From Candidatus Undinarchaeota archaeon (lineage in GTDB: Archaea > SpSt-1190 > JASMDC01), in assembly GCA_964519305.1 (NCBI GenBank), contig CAZFHY010000016.1:32001-96000 (forward strand): 64,000 nt of DNA. Reading direction: 5' to 3'. The stretch's first letter is position 1. Every line of letters begins with the position of its first letter. The notes under the pieces were generated by a model that saw only the letters and a program-made list of their open reading frames with translations, searched no databases and had not been told where the DNA came from. Shown here in pieces: positions 47,703 through 58,124 of the stretch. Made by a program: the position numbers and the translations under genes.

Positions 47703-47809
47703 GAGTCTCCTTCCTTGAATGGATGATCGTGTTTTTTAAGACTGTCCGAAAGCGTCATCTAACGGGCTCGGGCCCTGGCCGGCGGCGCGTCCTGCCCTCA
47801 GCCCCGCCG

Positions 47810-49351
47810 TCACTGCTCCACGGCCATGAAGTGGCCGCCCCTGCGCGAGTCGCCGGCGCCGGTGCGTCCCGTGGTCATGTGGACGCCGCCGAACCAGCGG
47901 TCGATACGGTCCCACTCGTTGACCTCGAACTTCCCCTTCAACTTCCCGACAGTGGCCGCGGGGAAGCCGGCCTCCATATTGAGGATACCGCCCTCGTAGT
48001 GCGCCCGGGGCGACTCCACGGACGTCGGTGCGTCCAGGCCGAACAGACCGTGGTTGAGCGACACCTGCACGATGGCGGTGATGATCCTGCTCGACCCACC
48101 GGTCCCCAGCACGCCGATGACCTCACCGTCAGAGAGCATCATCGACGGCGACATGGAAGAGGGCAGCCTTTTACCGACCGGGTTCGCCTGGCAGCCGTCG
48201 GGGTTCAGGTCGCTCTCGCCCAGCATGTTGTTGTAGAGCACGCCGGTGCCGGGGATGGTGTAGCCCGTGCTCTCGCCGCTGGTGGTCGTCAGCGACACGG
48301 CGTTGCCCTTGGCGTCGGTCACCGAGATCTGGGTTGTGTTGCCTGCCGACCGGGGCGGTTCGACGATCTTGGAAGTACCGGTAAAGCGGTCAAGGCACAC
48401 TTCCGAGAGCACTTCTTCGGCAAGGTGCTTGTCGTGGACGTGGCCGTCCATCACCTCGCTGCGCATGGCGTCGGTGGCGGCCTGGCTCTGTGCGAGCAGC
48501 TCGATGTACTCCGGTGTTGCCGGGTCCATTCCCGAAAGACCGTTGCGCTCCATGAGCTTGAGCAGGAAGGCGATCCGAAGCCCGCCGATGGACGGGGGGG
48601 GCGTGGTGATGAGGTCGAAGCCCATGCACGATATCTCAAGGGGACTGCGCTCGATGGTCCGGTAGTGGTCGAGGTCGGCCGCTGTGATGAGGCCGGGTGC
48701 CTCCTCCATGTGCTTGAGGATGGGTGCGTAGAACTCGGTGGCAAGCGTCTCTCTCCAGTCTCCGGGACCGAACTTCGAAAGCAGACGTGCCAGCAGGGGG
48801 TTGGTGAGCAGCTCGCCCAGCTTCACGGTCTCTCCGTTACGGAAGAAGATCTTGCGGGCCTCTGCGCCAAGGCCCAGGAGGTCACGGAACAGGTAGAGGC
48901 ATCTGGCCTGGAACGGTGTGATCACAACGCCCTCGCGCGCGACGCGTATCGCGGGCGCAAGGACGTCGTTCAACGGGAGCGTGCCCAGCTCCTCGTGGAT
49001 GTGCAGGATGCCCGGGAGCACGCCCGGGAGCGCAGCTGATCCCATACCGACCAGATACGTCTCCAGCGCACCCTCGTAGTCGACCACGACCTCCTCGAAC
49101 CCGGAGAATTCCAGCTCGTCAAGACCAAGGCCGGGCATGTCGGGGAAGAAGTCGAAGACACGGTTGCGGCCGCTCTCCCCCTCGTGCACGACGGCAAGAC
49201 CTCCCCCGCCAAGACTGGTGAGGCCTGGCTCGGTGACACAGCTCACAGCGCTAGCTGCAAGTGCCGCGTCGACGGCGGTCCCTCCCTTGCGCAGCAGGCT
49301 CGCTCCCGCTTCGGAGGTGACCGGATGCCCCGAGCTGATGACGCCCCGCAT
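47810..49351 (-). CDS. ggt: gamma-glutamyltransferase
   Basis: GGTAVDAA, SLGGGG, TTQISV (nucleophile Thr), NNMLGE, SSMSP, GTGGSSRI, DSRRGG. Confidence 0.92.
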   Translation of the reverse strand: MRGVISSGHPVTSEAGASLLRKGGTAVDAALAASAVSCVTEPGLTSLGGGGLAVVHEGESGRNRVFDFFPDMPGLGLDELEFSGFEEVVVDYEGALETYLVGMGSAALPGVLPGILHIHEELGTLPLNDVLAPAIRVAREGVVITPFQARCLYLFRDLLGLGAEARKIFFRNGETVKLGELLTNPLLARLLSKFGPGDWRETLATEFYAPILKHMEEAPGLITAADLDHYRTIERSPLEISCMGFDLITTPPPSIGGLRIAFLLKLMERNGLSGMDPATPEYIELLAQSQAATDAMRSEVMDGHVHDKHLAEEVLSEVCLDRFTGTSKIVEPPRSAGNTTQISVTDAKGNAVSLTTTSGESTGYTIPGTGVLYNNMLGESDLNPDGCQANPVGKRLPSSMSPSMMLSDGEVIGVLGTGGSSRIITAIVQVSLNHGLFGLDAPTSVESPRAHYEGGILNMEAGFPAATVGKLKGKFEVNEWDRIDRWFGGVHMTTGRTGAGDSRRGGHFMAVEQ

Positions 49352-49477
49352 GGACCAGAGAAAGCCGGGGGGGTTTATAAGGATTGGGGGCAGGCGGTCG
49401 GACAGGGTTCCAGTGTCTTATCTGGAGCTTGCCTGGATCCTTCTTCCCCTGTTCGAGCGGGACCGCCCGCTTCGTAG

Positions 49478-49654
49478 CTACTCCTCTTCGTACGTGATGA
49501 AAACGCGGAGCGTCCCGGTCGTGCCGATGTAATTGATCGACATGTTGACCAGGTTCTCCCGGCCGATCTTGTTGAGGAACTTCTCTGCCTCGGCAAGGGT
49601 CTTATCGTTCGAGCCAGGGAGTATACTGCCACCAAATCCGATAATCTTGATCAT
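49478..49654 (-). CDS. 58-aa protein (below ORF-track cutoff), small beta-alpha-beta-beta fold
   Basis: Manual translation MIKIIGFGGSILPGSNDKTLAEAEKFLNKIGRENLVNMSINYIGTTGTLRVFITYEEE*; CATATAA upstream. Confidence 0.65.
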   Translation of the reverse strand: MIKIIGFGGSILPGSNDKTLAEAEKFLNKIGRENLVNMSINYIGTTGTLRVFITYEEE

Positions 49655-49909
49655 GTTGCCACCGTTTTCAGATGAGATACCGCACAGTTATATGAACCTT
49701 ATGATAAGGGTAGCCAAGACCGTTCCTGTTCTCAGTTAACATTGTTAAGTCGATAATGCGGAGAAAAGATTATCCGATCCGGCCGATATCCGCGTTACCA
49801 GGACCGTCTTTCACGCTCTGACGCGATCGATCATGACTTCTACGCGGACGTCCCCCCTTCCAACAATATTCAAATAACTGAACCTCCTACAACTGCACTG
49901 GGAAGGTAA

Positions 49910-50797
49910 ATGGTGGACGATCTATCGGTTTTCAAGTCCGACGAGGGGAAGTCCGACTACCTGGCCGCCTACGACCGCACGCTGGATACATGGCCCGTGC
50001 CCTACGAGTCACGGTTCATCGAGACCAGGTACGCGGACACGCACGTATTGATCTCCGGACCCGAGGACGGCGAGCCTCTGGTGCTCATGCACGGCAAGGG
50101 GGGCTCGGCCACCATGTGGGTGTCCAATATCGTGGGTCTGTCCTGCGATTACAGGGTCTACTGCATCGACATGCTGGGCGACGTTGGGAAGACCACGACG
50201 AAGGAGTTCTTCACCGACAGGGCCGGGTTCGCAGAGTGGCTCACAGAGGTCCTCGACGGGCTCGGGATCGACAAGGCCAACATGATGGGCCTCTCGATGG
50301 GCAGCTATCTTACCGCCTGCTACGCGCTGGAGCGGCCGGACCGACTGAAAAAGATCGTGCTGCTGGCCCCGGCGGCCACCTTCTCCCCCTTCAGCAGGGG
50401 GTTCACGCTCAAGGCGATTCTATCCAACGTGATCGGGTCCGATTATTTCATCAGGAAGTTCCTCCTGGCAATGAGCTCCACGGACAGCTACTTCGACGGC
50501 GAGATGATGTCACAGATGGTCCTTGGTCTGAGGTACGACCGGTTCAGTATGAAGTGGGGTCTTCCGGAGATCATGCCCGACGAGGAGCTGGCGGCCATTG
50601 CGGTGCCCACCCTGCTCATGGTCGGCGAGAAAGAGTCGGTCAACCGGTTAGCCCCGACCCGGGTCATCGAGCGGGCCGAGAAGCTGGTCCCGGGCATACA
50701 GACCAGGCTCGTCCCCGACGCGGTCCATATGCTCAACGAGGAGGCGCCGGCGATGGTCGAGAACGTGGTGCTGGCGTTCCTCGCACAGGACGAGTAG
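49910..50797 (+). CDS. alpha/beta hydrolase
   Basis: HG oxyanion motif, GLSMG nucleophile elbow, C-terminal His. Confidence 0.92.
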   Translation: MVDDLSVFKSDEGKSDYLAAYDRTLDTWPVPYESRFIETRYADTHVLISGPEDGEPLVLMHGKGGSATMWVSNIVGLSCDYRVYCIDMLGDVGKTTTKEFFTDRAGFAEWLTEVLDGLGIDKANMMGLSMGSYLTACYALERPDRLKKIVLLAPAATFSPFSRGFTLKAILSNVIGSDYFIRKFLLAMSSTDSYFDGEMMSQMVLGLRYDRFSMKWGLPEIMPDEELAAIAVPTLLMVGEKESVNRLAPTRVIERAEKLVPGIQTRLVPDAVHMLNEEAPAMVENVVLAFLAQDE

Positions 50798-50857
50798 GTC
50801 TCTTTCTGCATTTAAAGTATGGATGCACTGGGACATGAGCTAGTAAAGGTGATCATC

Positions 50858-51292
50858 ATGCAGGAGACCAAGGAACAGAACAAGTCGATGGTGAAGCGCT
50901 ACTTCCAGGCCTGGAACAACAGGGACTTCAAGGCCATGAGGGAGATGCTGGCACCCGACTATCAGTTCACGCTTCTCACCAACCCTCCCAACACCATCTC
51001 CCGTGAGAAGATGCTGGGGTTCGCGCAGAGCATGACCCTGGGCATCCCCGACCTGAAGGTGAACATCCACCAGATGGTGGCCGAGGGCGACACTGTGGTG
51101 GTCAGGTCCACGCTCACCGGCACCCATGAGGGCGATTTCCAGGGACAGCCGGCCACAGGTAATAGGATCGAGGTCTCATCCATGTTCACCTGCCGCGTCA
51201 AGAACGGCCGCATCGTGGACGAGAAGGAGATCGTGGACACTCTCGGCTTCTCAGAGCAGCTCAAGCCGAAAGAGGAACGGCCCGAAGTATAA
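50858..51292 (+). CDS. SnoaL-like ester cyclase
   Basis: PDL..NIHQMVAEGD.V..R...GTH.G.F.G.PATG..I. Confidence 0.9.
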   Translation: MQETKEQNKSMVKRYFQAWNNRDFKAMREMLAPDYQFTLLTNPPNTISREKMLGFAQSMTLGIPDLKVNIHQMVAEGDTVVVRSTLTGTHEGDFQGQPATGNRIEVSSMFTCRVKNGRIVDEKEIVDTLGFSEQLKPKEERPEV

Positions 51293-51294
51293 GG

Positions 51295-52266
51295 TCACCC
51301 GGAGACCGTCAGGTCCTGGTACCGGCTGTGGTCCTCGGGCTGCACCTTGTTCCCCTCACCGTCCAGATGGAACACCCGCACGACGAACCCGAACTCTCCC
51401 GTGGGGGCCGTGCTCGGTGTGAGCCTGTAGGCCTGCACGGTCTTCGAGGCGCCCGGGTCCAGGGTGAAGGTGAGGTCCTTCTCCTCAAGGGTCCACCCCG
51501 AGTTCTTGGTTACGACCACGAGCCCCTTGTTGCGGAGGAAGAAACCTGTGAGCACGAACGTGCCCGCTTCCGTGCCGTAGTTGGTCACCGTGGCCGAGAG
51601 CGTCCCCGGGCCGTTCAGGGTGTACTCCGTGGGGCCCCAGGTGTCGATCCGGGCGTACGGCCCTTCCCTGGTGGTCGCCATGGTGTTCATGACGTAGACC
51701 GCGACAAGGACGACCAGGATGAAGCCCCCGGCCACGAGCGGGTCCACGTAAAGCCCCTTCTTCTCGGGGGCGGGCGCCTTCACCGGTGTCTCCTTCACCT
51801 CCGCCTTCGGTGCGTGCACGGAGGGTCTGGCCTCGGGTGCCTTCTCGACCGGTGCCTCGACCTTCTCGGCTGTCGGTCCCTTCCCGGTAAGCTCTCCTAG
51901 TGCGCTGTGGTTGAGCACCACGAGGATGAGCCCCAGGGCGGCGAAGGTGCGGGCGAACTCACGAAGGTTACTGGTCCTCACGCTCAGAGGGCTGCCCAGG
52001 TCCTGCTCCTCGGCCGCAGCATTTGCCGCGTCGTAGTACAGGGCCCCGAGGATGCCCGGGACCAGCAGGAGCACACCGATGACGGCCAGCCCCCGTCGCA
52101 GCCGGGCGTTCTCTGCAGGAGGCCGCCCTAAAATGGCGCCCACGAGCATGAGCGGACCACCTATCACGTACCCCCGCGCACCTGCGACAGGGAACCAGAA
52201 GATGAACATCCCGATAAGGAGGATGACCACGCCCACGACAGCGCGGACGGCGTAGGTGAGGCCCAT
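51295..52266 (-). CDS. membrane protein with C-terminal Ig-like domain
   Basis: Several TM helices, Pro/Ala/Glu/Lys linker, TVTNYG...TLDPGASKTV. Confidence 0.65.
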   Translation of the reverse strand: MGLTYAVRAVVGVVILLIGMFIFWFPVAGARGYVIGGPLMLVGAILGRPPAENARLRRGLAVIGVLLLVPGILGALYYDAANAAAEEQDLGSPLSVRTSNLREFARTFAALGLILVVLNHSALGELTGKGPTAEKVEAPVEKAPEARPSVHAPKAEVKETPVKAPAPEKKGLYVDPLVAGGFILVVLVAVYVMNTMATTREGPYARIDTWGPTEYTLNGPGTLSATVTNYGTEAGTFVLTGFFLRNKGLVVVTKNSGWTLEEKDLTFTLDPGASKTVQAYRLTPSTAPTGEFGFVVRVFHLDGEGNKVQPEDHSRYQDLTVSG

Positions 52267-52369
52267 GGCGGACGTGTGCCCGACAGATGATAAAAAGGTT
52301 ACATGCCGGGCTACGTGCCCCGTTCAGAGCGCTCACGCTGACCGGTAGGTCCTTATACGGACGTCCGCA

Positions 52370-54514
52370 CTACGCGATGACCATCGAGACCTTGTCCTTC
52401 ATGGACTTCAGGGTCTCTCCGAGCTTCTTCTGGCGAACACGCAGTCGGATGACGTCCTTCTTGACGTCCTCGAGGTCCGCTGCTGCCGAGATGGCGTCGC
52501 CCATGGAGAGCCGGATGCTCTCGTTCTCGGTCTTGACCACACGCATCTCCTTCTCGAACACTTCGAGGCGCCGCTCGACCTTGTGGACCACGTCGTCCAT
52601 GAGGTCGGTCCCGCTACCGAGCGTCTTCTGGAACGCGCCGATCTTCTTGGCCAGCTCCTCGCCGGTGTACAGCACCTTCTGCTGGAGGCGGAACAGGTCG
52701 TCGATGCGCTTGTCGTGCTCGTCGATGGTCTTGCCGATCTCGCGGGAGCGCAGTGAGCCCAGCTCCAGGTCGTTGCGGTTGGCCAGCTTGGTGACGTCGC
52801 CCAGCGCCTTGGTGAGGGTGGTCATCGCCTCCTCGGCACGGTCGATACGCTTGAGCTCGCGCTCGTTCTTCGAGATGCGGCTCTCCACGCCGGTCACGAG
52901 CCGGCCGACCTTCCGGGTCATGGTGACCACGTTCTGGAAGTCGGCGCGCAGGGGGTCGAGGTTCTCGACCTTGAGCTCGAGCTTGGTGACCCTGGGCGGT
53001 AATGCGTTGAGCCCCTTGAACTGGTCCAGGAGCTTGGAAGATATGGCGATGAGGTCCTTGATCTGTGTGCCGTGCTCGTTGAGGTCCTCGCGGATGGCGG
53101 CGGTCTCCAGGCTGGTGGCGGCCTTGGACATGAACTCCTTGACCCGCATGAGGTCCTTGGAGATGGGGTCGATACCGTCGTTCTTGACGTCCTCGATCCG
53201 GTTGAGGGCCTCTACCTGGTTCGACTTGGTGAGCACCTCGACCGAGTTGAGCCGGTCGGTCAGCACCTTGGTGGAGTCGCCCAGCTGGTCCTCGATACGG
53301 GACACGCGTCCGACCAGCACCTCGCTGGTCCGTGACCTCTCGTCCAGCTCGGTGAGCTTGGAATCGACGCCGGAGAAGCGGTCGTCCATGATGGTGTTCA
53401 TGGTGCCCATGCGCTCGCCAAGGCGGTTCTCGGCAGCGCTCATCCGGGCGTCCACGCGTTCTTCGAGGCGGTTGACGGAGTCGTCCACGTCCACGCCGAG
53501 CGAAGTCTCGAGCGCGGAGAGCTTGTCGCCCAGCGGTGAGATCTGGCTCTCCACCAGACCTTCCAGCCGGGTGAGGCGGGCCTCGAGGTCGGGCGTCGAC
53601 TGGAGCTTCTTCTCCACGCCCTCGACCTTCTTGTTCAGGCCGCTGACCCAGGTCGAAAGCGGGTCGAGCTTGCCGTCCACACGCGATTCCAGGCGGGACA
53701 TGGTCTTGTCGACATCGAGCGTGACCTTCTCCTTGATCATGGCCACGTCATCGCGGAGCGGGCTGACCTGCTTGTTCAGGCTGTCCTCCAGCGTGTCGAC
53801 GCGCTTGGTGAGGTCGCTGAACGTGGCTGCCCGTTTCTCCAGAGCCTCCATACGCGCGCCGATGCGGGCGTCGATCCGTTCCTCGATGGAGCTCTGGGAG
53901 TGGGTGATTGCCTCGGGCACGAAGTCCTTGATGGACCCGGTGATCTCCTCGACGCGGGCGATCCGCTCCTCCAGGCCTTCCTGGACGTTGACGATACGCT
54001 CACCCAGCCCCTCCTGGACCGTGTCGATGCGGCCCGAGATGGGCTGCAGCTGGTTGTTCACCAGCTTCTCCAATAGCGTGATGCGGTCGCGCACCGCTGC
54101 GATGGACTCCTGACCCTTCTCGATGGGCTCGAGCCGGGTGACGACCTTCTTCTCGACCTTGGCCGATGACTTGTAGATCTCGATCTCCAGCGACTCGCGG
54201 AGCGAACGCAGCTCGTCAGAGATGGCCTTGATGGCGCCCTCGTTCTCCTGCGACGTGCGGCCCATCCGCTCTTCGACGGCCAGATAGTCCTCGGTGGACT
54301 TGAGCCCTTCCTGTTCGATCTTGACGAACCGGCCCTCGAGGTTGTTGAAACGCTCCACGAGAGCGGACGTCTTGTCCCCCTCGCTCAGCGCTTTGAGCAG
54401 TACCTGTCGCTGTTGGTTGGAGAACGCCTCGATGGCCTGGATGGCCTTGGAGAATGCGTGCATCTTATCCTCGATGGACAGGATTCTTTTATCGAGAGCA
54501 ATATCAGGAACCAC
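52370..54514 (-). CDS. long coiled-coil protein (714 aa)
   Basis: Continuous heptad-like E/K/L/R pattern; no ATPase motifs or TM. Confidence 0.8.
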   Translation of the reverse strand: MVPDIALDKRILSIEDKMHAFSKAIQAIEAFSNQQRQVLLKALSEGDKTSALVERFNNLEGRFVKIEQEGLKSTEDYLAVEERMGRTSQENEGAIKAISDELRSLRESLEIEIYKSSAKVEKKVVTRLEPIEKGQESIAAVRDRITLLEKLVNNQLQPISGRIDTVQEGLGERIVNVQEGLEERIARVEEITGSIKDFVPEAITHSQSSIEERIDARIGARMEALEKRAATFSDLTKRVDTLEDSLNKQVSPLRDDVAMIKEKVTLDVDKTMSRLESRVDGKLDPLSTWVSGLNKKVEGVEKKLQSTPDLEARLTRLEGLVESQISPLGDKLSALETSLGVDVDDSVNRLEERVDARMSAAENRLGERMGTMNTIMDDRFSGVDSKLTELDERSRTSEVLVGRVSRIEDQLGDSTKVLTDRLNSVEVLTKSNQVEALNRIEDVKNDGIDPISKDLMRVKEFMSKAATSLETAAIREDLNEHGTQIKDLIAISSKLLDQFKGLNALPPRVTKLELKVENLDPLRADFQNVVTMTRKVGRLVTGVESRISKNERELKRIDRAEEAMTTLTKALGDVTKLANRNDLELGSLRSREIGKTIDEHDKRIDDLFRLQQKVLYTGEELAKKIGAFQKTLGSGTDLMDDVVHKVERRLEVFEKEMRVVKTENESIRLSMGDAISAAADLEDVKKDVIRLRVRQKKLGETLKSMKDKVSMVIA

Positions 54515-54575
54515 AGCTCTAACCCATTGGAAGATACCTACTCTTCCTTTATAAAATGTTGGGCGCGGCCGCCGT

Positions 54576-56720
54576 TTACTCTCCCTGACCGGTGAAGTAG
54601 AACCGCTCTGCCCAGGGTTTGGGGAGCTGGGCGACGTCCCGGTGGCTCATGCCGCCTGCCCACATACCAGGCGCGACGGCCTTCTGGGCACCTGCTGTGC
54701 TGTACAGCGACTCCATGAACGTGGCCCGTGCGCCCTGGTAGAGGAACGAGCGGTCCATGGCCGAGTAGAGACCCTCGTTGGGGTACTCGCTCAGGCTCTG
54801 CTGTTCCGCCTTCTCCTTGTAGTACTCGCCCGAGGCCTGGTCGTAGCCCCACTCCTTGGCCACACCGAGCTCGGACCCGTACTTGGCGTAGAAAGGCTCG
54901 GCACCCGCGGTGACCCAGTTGGCGAGCGTCTGCTCGGTGTCCTCGGTACCGCCCTCGCCGGGCTCGATCGTGATGACGGGCACGTCCTCGATGATGCCCT
55001 TGCTCTTGGCCTCCTTGAGCTTCTTCTTGATGTCGTCCATGAGGCCGGGGTGCTTCTGGGTGATGGCATCGCCCCGCGAACCCATGGCCACGTGCTGGTG
55101 AGCTGTCCCACCGTAGGCGTTCACGGGTCCACCAGAAACGTGGACGTTGAAGAGCGGAACGCCGGGGAGCTTTTCCCCGGTCTCGGGGTCGACCTCCGGC
55201 TTCTGCAGCTCCTCCATGAACTTGACCGGGTCCTTTCCGGTGGACGCGTGGAGGATGTCGTAGGTCATCCCGATGACCTTCTCCGGGTTCTTGATGCCCT
55301 TGCGCTTGGCGATCGCCCAGATCTGCTTGAGCGCCTTCTTGAAGTGGATGGGCTGGGAGAAGTACGGCGAACCCAGCACACCGGTGGCGAGGTTCGTCAT
55401 CTCCATGTTCTCGAGGCCGATCTTGGTCTCGCCCTCGTTGAGCACGGACTTGATGTCCTCGTCGTCCAGAAGGATCTCGAAGGACTTGGTGAGCGTGGTG
55501 AGGAACGTCTTCTCGGTAATGGGCTTGTACCGCGCGTCGAACCCTCGAAGGCCGGGGTTCCACTTGTTGGCCTGCTCGCGCAGGTGCTTGAGCCCGGTCT
55601 TGCCGTCTTTCAGCAGGTAGTCCTCGACGAGGTCGGGGGTGAGATGGAGCTGGTTCACGTCGACTCCCTGGTCGTTGGCGATCTGCTCCTTGATAGAGGC
55701 CAGCTGCTTGCCCACGGTGTCGACGACGTTGTTATCGCCGCCGGGACCACCGCCTCCGCCACCGCCGCCCGCGCCGCCACCGAGGAAGGGTGCAAAAGCA
55801 CGTTCCGCGTACGGCCGCACGTGTGCCGGCGAGGCGTCCTGGTAGGGTCCCCGGTCCGACAGGGCGGAACGGAACCCGGCCTTGGCCAGCGCCGTGATCT
55901 CGGCCTTCTTCTCCTCCTCGGAGAGCTTGGGGTTCTCGGCGATCTTGGCCGACATGTGAACGAAATTGTTGAAGTGCTCCTGGGCTATGGCCATGGGGAG
56001 ATGGTTCTCCTTGGCCTCTTTGTAGAACCCGAAGAGCTGGGTCATACCCTGCAGGAACTTCATGTACAGCTCGATGCCCGTAGAGTAGATGGCTGCATCG
56101 ACCTCTGCGGCCCCCTTGCCGAAGGCCTGTTCCAGGGTCCGGCGCATGTGCGCCTTACGCCAGGCTTCCATCTGCTTGAAGTACTGTGGAGTGTACCAGC
56201 CCACCCGCTCGGCGGTCTCGTTGCGCTGGCTCATTTCCGCCTCGCCGCCGCCGTACCATGGCGCGCGGGTCTCGGGCGTGAAGAGAACGGTGTCGAAGAA
56301 GGCATTGCCGCCCTGCATGGTGGTGGGATGGACGGTGACCACGTTGGCCTTGATATCCCGGGCATATAGAAGGGTGTGTTTCAGCTCCCGGATCGACTGC
56401 ATTCTCTTGTTGGGCGTGGGCCAGGTAAGGTCCACCGATAGACCTGCGTGGACGGTGGCCTCGCCACCCATCTCCTCCACGATCTCGCGTACCTGCTGGC
56501 GCTGCCAGATCGGGACGTCCTCTGCCTTGGTGTCCTCCGGACCCTTTCCGGTCCACCGGAACATGCCGATTTCGGCGTTGACGACGCCCGTCTCGAAGGT
56601 CTTGCGCAACCGGTCGAGGATCATACCTTCCTCGGTCTTCGGAGTGACCGACGCCGACGGCCTTGTCGGCAGGTCCTTCATCCAGTTCTTGGCACGCTTC
56701 TTCAGCTCTTCGAAGCCCAT
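54576..56720 (-). CDS. xylose-isomerase-like/AP-endonuclease-2 TIM-barrel protein with large insertions
   Basis: EIG, TVHA, VTVHP, IGLENM, GMTYDILHA, NVHVS, ITIEP metal-site pattern. Confidence 0.65.
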   Translation of the reverse strand: MGFEELKKRAKNWMKDLPTRPSASVTPKTEEGMILDRLRKTFETGVVNAEIGMFRWTGKGPEDTKAEDVPIWQRQQVREIVEEMGGEATVHAGLSVDLTWPTPNKRMQSIRELKHTLLYARDIKANVVTVHPTTMQGGNAFFDTVLFTPETRAPWYGGGEAEMSQRNETAERVGWYTPQYFKQMEAWRKAHMRRTLEQAFGKGAAEVDAAIYSTGIELYMKFLQGMTQLFGFYKEAKENHLPMAIAQEHFNNFVHMSAKIAENPKLSEEEKKAEITALAKAGFRSALSDRGPYQDASPAHVRPYAERAFAPFLGGGAGGGGGGGGPGGDNNVVDTVGKQLASIKEQIANDQGVDVNQLHLTPDLVEDYLLKDGKTGLKHLREQANKWNPGLRGFDARYKPITEKTFLTTLTKSFEILLDDEDIKSVLNEGETKIGLENMEMTNLATGVLGSPYFSQPIHFKKALKQIWAIAKRKGIKNPEKVIGMTYDILHASTGKDPVKFMEELQKPEVDPETGEKLPGVPLFNVHVSGGPVNAYGGTAHQHVAMGSRGDAITQKHPGLMDDIKKKLKEAKSKGIIEDVPVITIEPGEGGTEDTEQTLANWVTAGAEPFYAKYGSELGVAKEWGYDQASGEYYKEKAEQQSLSEYPNEGLYSAMDRSFLYQGARATFMESLYSTAGAQKAVAPGMWAGGMSHRDVAQLPKPWAERFYFTGQGE

Positions 56721-56816
56721 CTGGGTTCACGTCCTTGTCTATCCGGTCCTTCTTATCCGTTCGTTCTGTTCTTTACAGTGGTACCTCCGCTAGATAAGGT
56801 TTGTGGTTCCTGGTCC

Positions 56817-57662
56817 TTAGACCGCCAGGTACTTGAAGACGCTCTCGTTGCGCATCTCGAAGTCGTGTCCACCGGACACCTGCGGGTTCTTCACGGGCTC
56901 CATCCACTTGAACGACTGGCTTTCTGTGTCGTACACGGGGGTGTATGGCTGGCGCTTGACGCGCACGCCGTCGTGGTAGTCGGAGTCCATGGCCGACCAG
57001 GACTTGCGGTCGGTGGGCCGGAGGTCCATATCCATCTCGGCGAAGTCGGCCGAGTAGCAGTTGATACCCTTCGCGACGGGCTCCCCCCAGGGGTTAAGGA
57101 GGTAAGACTCGCCTATACCGAGGTACACGCTCTGCTTGTCGCTGTCCTCGCTCACGGGCTGAGTGACCGTGACGAGGTCAAAGTAGTTGACCTGGATCTT
57201 GGCGCCATCCGGCGTTTCCATTTCGATGACTATGTCATCGGCCTTGTCGAGTTCGTCATCCTTGAGGACGCGGCCCTTGTCGTCCAGGGCGTAGGCCCTG
57301 GCGTTCTTGGCCTCTACGTACTTGCCGTCCTTGTTAGGCATGACAAAGTGACCGTTCTCTGCGACGTACTTGATACCGACCCCGTCCTTGGTGCCGGCGT
57401 AAAGGTTAGCGGTGACGTTACCCTCTAGGTAATCCTTGGGCTCGGCCCCGAAAAGGGCAGAGTAGGCGTTGTCCTTGTAGACGTCGTAGACGTTGCGAAG
57501 GAGAGAGAGAGGGCCACGGTAAATGGACTTCTGGATGTCGTTTGTAATAGGATCTGACCCCCCCCGCTCGCGGTCCATCTCCGCGCGGTACGAGTCAACC
57601 CATCCATCAAGGCCATCCATCATAATTTGTAACCCCCGTTCGTCACCAGACGATAGTAACAT
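56817..57662 (-). CDS. hypothetical acidic protein (start may be 57623)
   Basis: Long ORF with TATATAAG upstream, co-oriented with two downstream genes. Confidence 0.65.
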   Translation of the reverse strand: MLLSSGDERGLQIMMDGLDGWVDSYRAEMDRERGGSDPITNDIQKSIYRGPLSLLRNVYDVYKDNAYSALFGAEPKDYLEGNVTANLYAGTKDGVGIKYVAENGHFVMPNKDGKYVEAKNARAYALDDKGRVLKDDELDKADDIVIEMETPDGAKIQVNYFDLVTVTQPVSEDSDKQSVYLGIGESYLLNPWGEPVAKGINCYSADFAEMDMDLRPTDRKSWSAMDSDYHDGVRVKRQPYTPVYDTESQSFKWMEPVKNPQVSGGHDFEMRNESVFKYLAV

Positions 57663-57765
57663 AGTGTCGTTTGTTCTTTATATAGTTTTCCTATTAACCC
57701 CCTTTTCGAACCAATCTAGTTATAATCTTCGCACCGATAAATACCTTTCCCATGGGTGGTATCGC

Positions 57766-58002
57766 ATGAAGCTGGACGGATTTCTCGAATCTCGTATCAA
57801 CGACCTCGGCCCGGATGATGTAGTTGAGATCATTGTGATCGTGCAGGGGGACCTGAGTATGGACGAGATAAGGCCTGCACTCTCCGAGTACGACGTCGTG
57901 GAGGAGTACCCCTTCAGCCGCTCGTTCCTTATTCGGGCCAACCGTGCAGCTATCCGTGCTCTCGAGGGCAAGGATTTCGTGGAGGCCATCAACGAGGCGT
58001 GA
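57766..58002 (+). CDS. stand-alone subtilisin-propeptide/I9-like small protein
   Basis: VEIIV...YDVVEEYPFSRSF.I......IRALE..DFVEAI pattern; GATAAATA upstream. Confidence 0.55.
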   Translation: MKLDGFLESRINDLGPDDVVEIIVIVQGDLSMDEIRPALSEYDVVEEYPFSRSFLIRANRAAIRALEGKDFVEAINEA

Positions 58003-58124
58003 CACTCTGTCACTCATTTCGTATCCTCTCATTATTCAGTTGCATTTAAAATTCGGAAGAATTGGCTGAATTGGGCTCTAAATCGGATGTGAACGGCGTA
58101 TTAAGCTCTGGTTCTTTAAGGAGC

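Noticed and set aside
52370-54514. SMC/Rad50 or chemoreceptor call for the coiled-coil protein
   Set aside because: It has no Walker A/B, signature, hinge, zinc-hook or MCP hairpin motif.
52287-56369. Long + strand ORFs (608 aa and 575 aa) and many similar antisense ORFs across the window
   Set aside because: They are shadow frames of high-GC3 genes on the opposite strand, with no motifs and atypical composition.
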